A DNA stretch of 64,000 nt from Raillietiella orientalis (lineage: Eukaryota): positions 868,001-932,000 of the forward strand of contig JAYWIR010000002.1 of NCBI GenBank assembly GCA_036172245.1, in the 5' to 3' direction. Below the pieces are notes generated by a model. That model was not told the origin of the DNA, searched no databases, and saw only the letters and a list, made by a program, of their open reading frames with translations. Below, piece after piece: positions 1-12,400 of this stretch (the first letter of the stretch is position 1; each line of letters begins with the position of its first letter). The translations under genes were made by a program, and so were the position numbers.

Positions 1-579
1 GCGGGGGATGGAGCGAGGAACCTCAGCAGAGGATCCCTCACTGTCCACCGCCGATGATCGTCATCGCACCGTCTTGACGGGACGGCAGTTAAATTTTTAA
101 TGGTCGTCGAAAAACAGCGCGAGGCAGAGAATTCTTTTCCGACGGACTACCTACGAAGATCTCTTCCTTGGACGGAGCGTTGGGGTCTTTAGAGAGTGAT
201 GGAACAAATGCGACTTTTGCACCATAAAGGGAAGCGGACTTTCAATAAAGAGATGAAAACCTCTTGCAGAAGGAAAAAAAAAAAGGGGGGGGAAGAAAAA
301 AATTCGAATCTTTTGTAAGATAAAAATAAAATCGGGAATCTTAGACCCGACCTATCTGTTGAAAAAGAGGATCGGACTGATGCCCTTTTCCGAGACGCCC
401 GAGCATGTTTACCTCCAGCATGGTGCGACGATCAGTAGTGTACGCGTAAAATATGTACTGATCCCTTTGAAGAGGTTCTTCATCTCGAGAATCAGTTGAA
501 CTGGAATCCGACGCCGGATGACGGAAAGAATGGACTTAAAATAAAAAAAGAGCCTTTGAAAAGCTGCTGTGCTGCTGCA

Positions 580-598
580 TGTGTGTGTGTGTGTGTGT
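580..598. repeat. (TG)n microsatellite
   Basis: Direct read. Confidence 0.9.
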
Positions 599-780
599 TT
601 TTAAAAAGTGCATAAATTTTCATCACGTGTTGGCATGTGCTCCGAGCACTCTCCCCCGTTTGAGACGGAATGCGTGCATCCGATGCTGGTGATTTCCAGC
701 GATGAAATTCGTCGCCAAGGATGCATCTGAAAAAGCAATCCATTCCAGAATGAGATCAAGAGATGTTTGACGATGGCAAC

Positions 781-804
781 AGAGAGAGAGAGAGAAGGAG
801 AGAG
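781..804. repeat. (AG)n microsatellite, interrupted
   Basis: Direct read. Confidence 0.85.
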
Positions 805-971
805 ATCTCTTGGAACTCTGAATGATGCGCGGGATAAATTAATGGCATCTCATCGTGCGACAAGCGACAATAAACATTGCTTGCGTCTGAAGCTTCTAGC
901 CGTCGTTTATTGTTATGTCTTATTTGCTGCGAGGTTAACGGGACAGAATGGCGTTCAAGGTCCGCGATGGC

Positions 972-1082
972 GGCCGTGTGGCCGAGGTCTCCGAGCGCGG
1001 TACCAGGTGTTGCGGGTTCCAATCCCACTCGAGGAAGGACCCACTACGAGAAATGGGCGCGTCGTGGGTTTCGAGTTCTCTT
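972..1082 (+). repeat. tRNA-derived SINE-like head / tRNA pseudogene
   Basis: A-box-like TGGCCGAGG (979-987), B-box-like GGGTTCCAATCCC (1014-1026) and a second B-box-like GGGTTTCGAGTTC (1066-1078); no intact cloverleaf seen. Confidence 0.45.
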
Positions 1083-1151
1083 CCAGGCAGGACGGCGCTG
1101 GCTGGCCTAGAGGCTTCGAGGGCAGCACTGCTTGGCACGCCTGGTCACGCC

Positions 1152-4100
1152 GGGGCGTTTATTTATAAAACCAACGCGTCTGTGGCAGGACGTTTGATCC
1201 TGCCACGTCACTTATAACTACGAGAAGAAACCTGCCGGGAACTGGCCCGCAGGCCAGCAGGGCTCGCCTCGGCAGCACAGGGGAAGGGGAGACAAACAAA
1301 AGAGGAAAAAAATAAAACGAAAAACACATGCAGTCAAAAAACTGGAGGGGTTCGGGAAGGAATCCTGGCCTCGCTTCTTGGCCTTTTAGCTAAGATCAAA
1401 GTGGAAGGAATCTCTGTGTGCTGGAGGGTGTCCTCTGCATCCTTGTAAGGAGGTCGGCAAGTTCCTGTTCCGAAGCTCCCGGATGGGATCATCTCGACGC
1501 TATCCTCGTGAAGGGGGGGACAGCAAAATAGACGGCGTCCCAGTAGTCCTGGCCTCCTCTGGAGTTGCTCCATGCAGCCACGGTCTCGCCGCGTGGGCAG
1601 CAAAGTGCTGCTAGGCATGCTGCTGGCGTGAGGGCGTCGTGCAGGAAGAGGCGTTTCAGGTCTCTGGGGTTACCCTCGGGGATCTGCAGAAAAACGTCCC
1701 CAAAGGGGCAGGAGGGCAACACAATCCACTAGGAGGTGCAGGAGGGATTCCCCCTGCCCGCACCTAGCACGATTTGGGTCCACCTCTCCCCCTGTATACA
1801 GTGATGCCGGCGGGCGTTGCACGGGAGACCCCAGTGCAGCAGCCTCAATGCTGACTTCTGCCACTTTAAGGGGAGCGTGCGGGTGTTTATGAGCACCGCT
1901 TCAGATCTTCTTCCAGAATGCCCACTAGCAAACTCCCCAGAGCAAAAGTCCATGAGGTCAAGCACTCGGGATCACAGCGTCAGTGAGCTGGCCCATCGTC
2001 CACTCGCCCAGTCCTTTTCTCCTTCTGCAGATTTGCACAGTATCTCCCCATATAGCCGTAAGTCTGCTGCCCGCGTGTTCCCTAAGGGAGTGCAGCACTG
2101 GTGGAAGCCGGATGTCCTCGTTGACCGACCAGGATTGGGAATCGGCCCTCCAGGGTACGTCCAGTAACCAAGGAGACGGTTCCCTTCGGGGTTCCCCTCT
2201 GGTGGTGAAAATGAAGCTGTTCACCCCCCTCGGAGGTGGGGCTCCTCCATCGCGTACCATGCATGGTGCTGGTTGATCATGCATCTCCAGAGTGTCAGAA
2301 GCGCGCTGCTCCCGTCGAGGAGGCGCCTTTCATGGAAATTGGGAAGCGTCCTTTCGGGTTTCTCTTCAGAGGAGTAAAACAAGGAGTGGCTCCCATGGTT
2401 CATCTATCAGGGTATTCGCTAACTTGAAGAGCTAACATGCGCCGTCGGGTGGCGTGGAACGGTCTTAAAGAGCTTCGTGAGTTCCTCGGCGAACGGTCCT
2501 CAGAGAACCGAACTAAAAGAAAACCCGGAAAGAAAAAAAAAAAAAGAAGGCTGGAAGGAAAGAAGCGAAAACAGAAGGACCCAGAAGGATTTCCATCGTA
2601 ACTATCTCTCAGTGAGACCGTTACTGTTCTGTTTGTAGGAGAAAAAAAAAAACGGAATACTCCCTGAAGCATTGCGAACTGTTTCAGGAAGGATTCACCA
2701 GATTCTGTGCCGAAGATGACTCGCAAAATTATCCCACTGGAAAGCATGGAGGAGCTCTTGCAGCTCCTCGGCCTGTGCTTTGCGAGTGGATGCTTTGCTC
2801 AGAGTGGCGCGCGTTTCAAACCATCCCGCGTTTGCTTGTTTGGCAACAATGGAAATGTGCCTGGAAGTCGCCATATTGGGTCATGAAAAAAAGATAAAAA
2901 GAGGAAAAGCACAAATTCTCGAGATGGCACGAGAAGAAAAGGTGCTTTCTCCTCCCGTGATCGCTGCAAGCCCATAGTTCCACCAAACCAGCATTGGACC
3001 TACGAATGTACTCTCAACGGAGAAGACTCACCGTGGCTAGTAAGCAAGTCTTTTGCAACGTAACTGCAAACTGAGAACGGCAGAATAAGTAGAAGACTCA
3101 GCAGGGTTCAGCTCGCCTTGCAGACATGGGGAAGCTGTAAGGAAAAAGATGGTGCTCCCGACCAGCACGGGGAGACTGGAGATCACAAGTCTTGATGCCG
3201 AACAGTCTTCGTCGTGCAAACAGCAGCTTGTGCGTTATGAATTCAGGAAGTGCGGTCCCCCCCACCCCTTTCCCGAAGGAGAGAGAACAAATCGAAAAGT
3301 TGCAACTCAAAAAGGCTCAAGAACGAATTTTTCCAGAGAGAAAGGCATGCTCCAAGTGCCAACAGAGCCGTTTCCTAAGCTGATCTCATTCGTGAGTGCT
3401 GGAGATCCTGATGTGAGCCTAGGGGCGGATGTACACAGATGGCTGTCCAGTTCTAGCGGAATAATCCGCCGCTATTCCGTATAGGCGTTTGTCTTTCGGC
3501 TTTCGGGGAAAGAAAGGGCGGATTCTCAGCATAGGTGTTGATCTTGAAGAAAAAAGGTGATTCATCTTGTGCAAGGGAAGTCCCGATCGTCAAGTGATTT
3601 AAACCAATGCAGGAAGCCGTAAAATCTGCATCCCATTGTGTAGTTGAACAAAAAAAAAAAAGGAAAAGCGTTTTTTTTTTTCCTTTTTTTCTTTCTTTTT
3701 TTTTGTGTGTGTGTGCGCGCGCACGAGTGTATTCTGCTCCATTAAATCATTAATTTTCTAGTTTGGCAGTAGGCTGCTTCTTCGTGGCACTAATGTGGTA
3801 GATGGTTATTGCAAAGCATGTTTCCTCTTGAGTTTTCATTGACATCGCGCTGCAATACTGCATTCCAGAAGATTTATTCATTAAATGAACCGAGAGTTTG
3901 CTGCCTAACCGGAGTAGCCCAGTCTTTAACTCCTTTCCAAAAACAAACGCAGATGTAATCACCGCCCACATCTGTGCTCTAATGGGCATCTCCTGGCTCA
4001 TAAGACAATAGGGACGTCCGCTTGCACAATAGAAGAAATGCAGATGCTCCATGCTCATGGAAGCATTTCCTAAACAGCTATTAGCCAGCAAGAATCGTGT

Positions 4101-4750
4101 ATAAGCTACCTTACCTTCAGCTGATCATCACCTTCCATCTTGTATGTTCCTTTCCGTGTGAGCATGAGGATCTAGAAAGGCGTGCAAAAAATTAGGACGC
4201 TTGCGAAGATAAGATTGTTGAAAGTTTCTTAAAGTAAAAAGCTGTTTCGAGATGGATGGCTTTAAAAGTCATGCTCTTTTCCAGTAGCACTTCCTTACAG
4301 TACGGTACCTAAATCCTGGGATGTGTGCAGCTGTCTCCGAACTCTTCTTATCAACCTTCTCCACAAACTTAAAATCTCCCCAAACCATGTCTGGTCGTCT
4401 CAGTAAAGCGTGGATTTTCGGATTCTTCAAGAACGAGGCACTAAAGATCATCAGATTAAGAAGAGGAGTATCAATCAATCTTAGGCGAACCAATCAGCAA
4501 ATGTCGGCAGAGGAACACCTCCTGCACTTGCTTCTAATACCGAAGGGAGAGAAATGGATCCACAGCTCAGAGGACTCGGAAACAACCATCCAGCAGCTAG
4601 CGTGCAGCAAACGGAATCCAGCGCTCACAGAACGCATGTTTGGTTACGAAGAATCATTTCTCCGCCTCGCTGGAGATTTTCTCCAATCATCCTGTGCGAG
4701 AGAAGGCTGTTTGCGTGCACACAGCGGTAAAGCTTCGGAGGAAACTTCCT
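1152..4750 (-). mobile_element. Degenerate L1/Tx1-clade LINE ORF2 (endonuclease, RT start, C-terminal zinc finger, 3' UTR)
   Basis: Motifs in expected order on -: MVWGDFKFVEKVDK (~GDFN, APE endonuclease, ~4380); KS..D.GLP (~3590); *RRIIPLELD (~WRPISLLNxD, ~3470); RCGQGESLLHLLVDC..LW (zf-RVT, ~1740). The C-terminal part is clearly homologous to 46050-46973. Many stops and frameshifts. Confidence 0.7.
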
Positions 4751-6447
4751 CTGAAAGCCAGGGTTTACTCTGATCTTAGCCAAAAGGTCAGGGTTCATGG
4801 TCAACAATAACTGTGTTCCTCACTTCAGCTGGGACTGCTGGCACGGAAAAAGAGGAAAGGAGGGACCCTAGAACCGTTCTCATTGGAATCAGAGCTCGCA
4901 CCTCCACACAGCCTGCCGTTCGCTAAGCTGAAGGTCGAAACAGCTTCTAATAAATACAAGATGCCTCTCGAACAACCCGGAGAACAAGCCAAGATTGATA
5001 ATCGAGCATTAGTCAAGTCCGAGAAGCATTCTTATCTGAACTTGTCAGCGGAGGAGAAAAAGAATTCACAGCGAAGTCATCTCATAAGGAAGTTGATCAA
5101 ATATCAATCAAACCTAAGGAATGGCTACTCTGTCGTCATCTTCGTGACCAACGACGAGAATGATGTCTCATTTGTAAGAATTCTGCGCAGCAATTCGCCA
5201 AGCAAAAAATTCTCACTGAATTCTGATTTACCTTCGTCGCTACCTGGGAATCTCTTGAACTTTGCGTAGATGTGAGTCTTTCTGCATCCTCGAGTTCTTA
5301 CGATCAATGCTAAGCTGCAGGATTCGGATTGGATGCCATAGATCCCTTTTAGCTAAGGAGCAGCGCTTTCCTGTAATGCTGAAGACTTCACTGGAACTCC
5401 CCTTTAGATTGGGCGAAAGCACATGCTTTTCCTTCGCTAACCTATCTTTGATTTATTGCAAACTGCCTCGACCCTCGGCTCATAGAAATCGAATAGCAAG
5501 CTGTGTGGGTGTGCGAGCTGGTCAAGACACTTGACTTCGAAAGCACGCTCTATCTTGCAGCCAACGGGGACAGCGCATGCTTTTCTGACAGCTCCTCATA
5601 GCCATCCAGGCAATCTTCCCGCTTCCACCTTCGAATCCTTCTGAAATTCATGCGAATCGTTGGTTAGTTGCCTCGACGCAAACTAGGTTCGAGATTCATC
5701 GAACACCATTTCTTGTCTGAGACGAAAGAGCAGAGTTCTTCTTTCCCCTCCGGGGAGAAGGATTCTGTAGTCTGTGCGCTCTGTTGCCGCAGGCTATTTT
5801 GCCGGTGTTGCTCTGCCGGCGCCAGCTACAGGTGTCTTTCAAAGGACCCGTGCATTCAAAATTGACATGTTATCTCGTAGCACAGGCTGCTTAGGCTGGT
5901 AGCTCGCTCTTGCCGCCTCGAATTCTCATGACTTTTCATATCATCGCAGCTCGTTCGTGAATCGGCACCTTGGATTTGCAATCATTCGAAACTTGACTCA
6001 TTGACACTCCGGGTTCTATGGGTTCGAGTGTGAGCAAGCACCCAAAGTTCCAAAGAATTTTTCCAGGGGAACGCATAGCATCACGTTGCGAAGGGACCTA
6101 AAGACTATTGAAGGCTCGTGATTCAACTGCTTCTCACCTACTCAACATTTTCAACGGCGATGGCAGTAATGAACAAAGTTAATCGCTTGAAGATTCCACT
6201 CAACCGCTTGAAACGCTACCACGAGTTATACCAGTTTCGGCTGTTCCAGTTGGTACCGAGGGACCGGAAACAAGGATTTTTTCGATCTCCACTGATTCAG
6301 ATGCACTAAATTTTGCAATCGTCAAACTGACGTCCAAGACAAATCCTGTTATATTTGTTGTGCTTGTTTGCTGCATCTTCGTTACAGCAAACATGCACGA
6401 CAGTTGATTTCGTCTCCTGTTTTGCTTCAGTTCTCTTCATCCCCAGA

Positions 6448-6471
6448 AAACAAACAAACAAACAAACAAAA
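6448..6471. repeat. (AAAC)n microsatellite
   Basis: Direct read. Confidence 0.9.
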
Positions 6472-9400
6472 ATGGCCTCTTGGTAACTAGCTCCGTGGCA
6501 AATGCAATTTAGAATAAGTTTTGATTTGGGTTATGAGACTCCCACGCGTGTTTCCATTACATCAGCTTAGCAAAGCATCCAAGGAAGTTACGCTAACGTA
6601 ATTACGTTCCAACTATATATCACATTCCGATTTCCAATCAGAGTGAATGAGCTCTGCTGTTGCTTCTGCTCTCTGTGGAATTCTCGATGAGCTAAATCTA
6701 AGTTCATATGATTAGTAGTCCATTTATTTCTGGAACCATATTCAGCCATCCTTCCTCCCTCTATTGTAGAAAGGAAAACAACGAATTCAGGAAAGTGACC
6801 TTCTCGGTCAGAATTGCTATCGATGCTGTCACAAACAGCAATTCACTGTCCATATTCATATTTATATTTTTATTCAACCGAAAAGTAGGACCTGCGAATA
6901 AGCACTTGAGTTAATTAGGAATTAAACTGGGCTGCAACCGGAAGTTTTACTCTTTCATTTGAGCTTCATCTATGCACTTCGTGTTTTCGATTTTATTTTA
7001 TTTTTTCTTTCCCCCGTGATTCTCAGCCATCGGTATAATAATATTTGCTTCATTTGAATAAAGCAACGATGACTCTGTTTCAATACGGGGAACACGTGCA
7101 CGGTCTCTCCCATTTACTTGGAGATTTGTATTTGCTGAATTTCGAATACCTCATCCAAGGAAAAAAGCAATGTGAAAAATAATCGCATTTTGGGATTTTT
7201 TGTCAGGAAATTAACCAACATAAAACCTTTTCACATATACGCGGATACTTGTAATCGAAGCTATTTGGAAATTACTATCACTTGAAGAATCCTCTACTCA
7301 TGAATATTTTTGCATCTTGGGCTGCTTAGAATCCGTTGATTTTAAAGAGAATACACATCACGATGGTAAGTTTGAGGATTCTGACTATTAGTAACAACCC
7401 AGGACTTTCAAAATGGGACGGCTAATTGCATTAAGGATTGCGTTCAAAATGGATTGCATCGAGATTTTGGGACACCAATTGATGAGAGTCTCACTGCTGC
7501 ATCCACAATCCATGATGATTCCTATTTTCATGTTCATTTTTATTATTTCACGGTTACAGTTTTCCTTGCTTTTAGTATCACCTACATCTTGTGAGGATCC
7601 AATTTGTTAGTCTCCTTAATTCTCTCTTCTTGCTACTTTGAGATTTAAAAATCCTGATCCCAATTAAGAATCTAGTTCTAGTGTGAAACAATATTCATCC
7701 CAATGTACATCATTTCATGAATATCTTTCAAATGAAAGGTGAATTTCACAATGAAATCCTGTTGGTAGAGTTTGAAACTGAAATATGAATTCGTAATTGC
7801 AGTGGTTTCTTAAGAAAATGAAGATGTGAAGACTTAATTCGAACACATTCTATTGTGAGTAATTGTAAAATGTGGAAAATCTGGTCGACAACTGTAAATA
7901 TGTTTTCAACAGTAAAATGAGCTCTAAAGTAGAATTCAAGATCAGTTTTAACCATTAGATGTGAATTTTGAAAACTTTCACGTGGCTCAAAAGTCTGTTA
8001 TTCTAAAGAATGAAGAGAAAAAACATTCGGAATCAGCAATATTAGTAGTCACATGTTAGAGTTAAGGTTCCTTAAATTAATAGATAACGGCCACTACATA
8101 CTATCTGCTGAAAAGCTTGAAGGAGCTCACTGAAAATCGTAAAAGAGATACAAGGACAGCTGCATCACTCATGCAGACACATGTAATGACTCTGAAAGGG
8201 TTTTAGTGTGCTGCAGCATTATCACAAAAGAAGCATCTAAGAATCTTTTTCGTTTCAATCTTTTTTGCACAGGGAGTACACTCGAAAAATCGAGTGTTCT
8301 CCCAGTGTACTTTGCATAAGTATTCCGAAACAGTGAAGGCTTACAATATCGTTACATGCCACATCAATCTTGAAAGCTCTTTCGATATGGTTTGTCTCAA
8401 AACGATGAAAAGGCAAGGACTGCTGCAAAATACACATCAAATTAAGTGATATTCTTATATAATTGAAGTGAACCTATCAAACAGTTACCCCTTTGAAACT
8501 TAATAAAAGTAACTACTTGAAATCACTAGGAAGACATGTTTCCAGAAAAGCCAATAAATTAAAATTAAAATTCGATGTTTACAAAAGGAGTGCACTTTTA
8601 TGAGAGTGAACTGACTGAGTTTCTTGAATTTTCAGTCGTCGGGATTTGTAAATATTTCATATGATTAAGACGTGATACCCAACACATTTAACTTACTGTG
8701 AAACCTGAAGGGTTTTTTTTGGGGAGATCCAAAGATTCTTCAAAAACTCGAGAACAAGCAAGTCATTGAATTTCTTACTTTTGTGATAAAAGTGAGCTGA
8801 CAGCATTGTGATCATATTTAGGAGTTATCCTTGTGTTATCATATGATTTTTGAATAAATTTGGTCTGGATTGTTAAGATACCGATGTGAATGCTATCTTT
8901 TCCTGTTAGAACTAACTCATACTAAAGTTTCACTTATATAGAATAAATATATAACTATCAATTAGGATGTGATTTCAGCATGAGTCATCAAAAAAATATA
9001 TGTGTCTTCAAATATTCTGGTTGCTCTTTCTGCGAATATAAATAGCTAAAATGTTGTGGCATTTCGTCATTGAATCGTGTGGAATGGATTGGGAATAACT
9101 AAACGGAAAGCAACGAGACACAGATAATTGCAAAAGACGAATCAGTTTATGAAGAGGAATCATGAGCTAATTAACTGTAAAATCGTTTCCTTTTCTCTAC
9201 TTATCGAAGTTTGTGGATTATGTCTTATTTTTGTATTAAACTTCGAAACGTGTTTTGCTTTGCTATTGAGAAACATCATGACCTTGTTGGTCACATTTTT
9301 TTTGCATGTGTATTTCTTGCTCCTTCATAAAGTTCCACATAAAGGAAAAGTAATTCTTCTATTTCCTATCAAATCTTTCATCATAGAATTATTTTTGAAG

Positions 9401-12400
9401 CAAAACAGTTAGCCGAACGCTTGAATGCCCCCTTAATAGTGGATTTTTAAATGACCGAATACCCCAATGAGCAGTTCGGTGGTTGAATTCTAAATACAAG
9501 TGTGACCAAAGAATTGAATGTGACATTAATGAATTTATAATTCTAGATCACCATGAATTTGACCCATTTCTAATCATAGGTAAGACTACTGTTGCGAAAA
9601 TAAAATCATGATTAGATAGCTGGGAAAGTGAGCGTAAAACCTTCAACATGTTGCAGAGTTTTTTTCAAAGATCTAACAATGGGTAGTGTTGGTTGAAAAT
9701 ACATTGTATCCTCAAACTGTTTTAATTTTTAAATATGATTCAACTCAAATCAATACTCCTTTCTTGATTAATCTAGTCACTTCCTTTATGATGCAATTCT
9801 CAACTGTACAAAAAACTGTGAAGTCCCTTTGCAGTGCTAAAGAAACTTGCCCTTGGTGTTTCACCTCATCTTTGTGATCAGATATGGTGATGTTTTCAAG
9901 TTGTTGTTTCATATTTTGGTAATGGTTGTGATTTCATTTGCATGTGGTTTTCCAAATTATTGAGTCATCTTAATGGACTGGACATCTTAGTAATTAGGTG
10001 TCTTATGTTAACATATTGTAATGACGTAAAGGCAAATAAGTCAGCAAAGATTCAATTATTAATGTCAATGAGATATGAATTTCAGGTTTCCAAGCTTTGT
10101 TAGGGATTTGTGTTTTAATGCAACCCTATATTGCTAATGCATGACAGTAAGCTGCTATTTCAGGGAAGTCAAGAGTGCTGATAATTACAAACAATTTTAT
10201 GTATTCCAATAGTTTAGTATACTTTTGTTTCCATACAGGCAATGAGATGTGCACATTGTAATAAAGTTCCATTATTGCACTGCAGTTCAGCAGTTGTCTG
10301 CTGTTGTACTTTATTTGTTCACTACATGAAGTACTATTTGCAAATCTTTTGCACAGGAGGTTTTTCTATGTAAACATTCAATTTCATACTTAGAATATAT
10401 TACTTGCTAAAGAATTACTACAATGTAAATTCAATCAGTGTTCCTTCAAAACAAGATATTCATGTCTTTGCTATTTTGTTTTCATCATTTGATCTTTTTG
10501 TATGAATTCATTTCCATGCAATCTTTTGAATGTGCACTTATAAATCATATTCAGTAATCAGTTACATGTCAGAATAATCAACTTATTGAAGGTTTTGGAT
10601 GTAAGTTATTCATAAATTATTTCAATTCATTGTTCAGATTGTAATGCAAATGCTTGCAAGCCTTGGAAGTCATTCCTAAGTGAATGTTATTTATGTGTTG
10701 TGATGAAATATTACCCCAATTCTCAAAGCAAATCATTACTTTTATAATTGTTTGTTTTTGTATTTCCTTTTTCACAGGAGTTATCTGTGATGTAGTTCAC
10801 TTGCAATCATTGTTGAAGCATGGAAGTCTTGGCCATTCTAATTGCAATCATTCTTTAGGAAATCATATCATCAAATGATGATTTCTTAAAGAAAGGATTT
10901 TCTTAAAGCTCCCTTTTTTTGTAGTCTGTGCAATAATTTTTATATATGACAGTTACCATTGAACTTTTTGTGTTCATTTTGTTTTTATTACTACTATTAT
11001 AATTTTATTAAATTTTCATGCTTCATGCTTGCTATCTTCAGAATACTAAAGTACTTCCTCAATTCATCTTCAAACATTTCTATGTAATAGGTGCTGTTTT
11101 TGATTTAGTAATTTTTTACTTGGATTCTTGCTACCAAGCTAAAGTTTTATGTGTAATTCGTCTATGCTTCCATGCTTATGTAATGATTGTAGAATCAGGG
11201 TGGGCCTAAGGAATTGGCCTATGTTCATATGTCTTCTGGTTATGACTAATGTCAGTTGCATTATTGTTTTATTTCATTAAAATATTTGCTAGTAATTTCT
11301 AAAGTGCTGATTAAAAAAGTCCCATGAAGCAGTAGTAGTACATCATCTGCAAAGCTAATAGAGTTGTAAAATCTTGCTGCAAGTTTCCCTTCCCTCACAT
11401 AACTTTTATTCCGTTCATTCAAATGACCAGATGAGAAAGTCAGTTCACATATGCAATTTTTTCAATGAGGAAAATTTTCTCTCCTGGAATAGTGATAGTA
11501 AACGTTGTAGTACCCTAAGTGTGTCTGAGTAGCATACCATATGCTTCTTTATTTATTCTCAGTTTCATTGAGAAACTACTGAATGCTCCATGCCTGTCCT
11601 GCTTGGACTTTGATGCAACGAAATTAATTACACTTACATTATTCATAATCCCCTTGGATCCTGCATTGTGGCTCAGTAGCCATAATGAAATAATAGTGAT
11701 ATTGTATCAGTTTTGATTTATTTTGCATGTTACTATGAGGTCTTGCATTGGCAGTTTTCAAGTCAAACATAAACGTCCCCACCTCAGCATTTATTCATAT
11801 GGGTTCAGCCAAATCCAAATCCTGCTCGTCAAAGGTTACACAATATTTTGAACAGGATACGATCCATACATTTTATTGAATAAAATGCTCCAAGATCTTC
11901 AGGTGCTCCAAAAAGATAGTAATATAGGCACAAATACACACTTGTGCAGCTGAAGTGATGTTTATGGACTGATCAATACCAGCTAATGGGTAATTTAATT
12001 CCTAAATATTGGAGGAAGCTTTACTTTCACACCATCTGGCATGTCATTTGTGCTGGTTTTTCTGTTTGTCAGCTCTATTTTTGAAGCATGCTTCACAATA
12101 AGGACTTCGTATTGCAAGAGGTAAATTTTTTTAAAATTTTCTATAAGTATAAGGTTTTGAGCGGTGAGTTGGCTTTTATATTTCGAAACACTTCCATAGA
12201 TGGTTCTGAGGATCCGTAACATTACTGAAAACTACTACTATGTGCTCTCAATGAAGAAATGAGATGCAGCCCTTGACATTTATCTCCATGTTTGATGCCA
12301 AAGTTCCGCAGCAAGTTGTACTCTTTTGGCACATTTTGGTGCTGAAGATATGCCATGCAAACGGTATTCCCATAAGTCTCTACGAAACATGTCTGTGTCC

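Noticed and set aside
972..1035. Functional tRNA gene
   Set aside because: No complete cloverleaf and a mutated B-box
6595..6608. 14-bp palindrome AACGTAATTACGTT
   Set aside because: A few palindromes of this length are expected by chance in 64 kb
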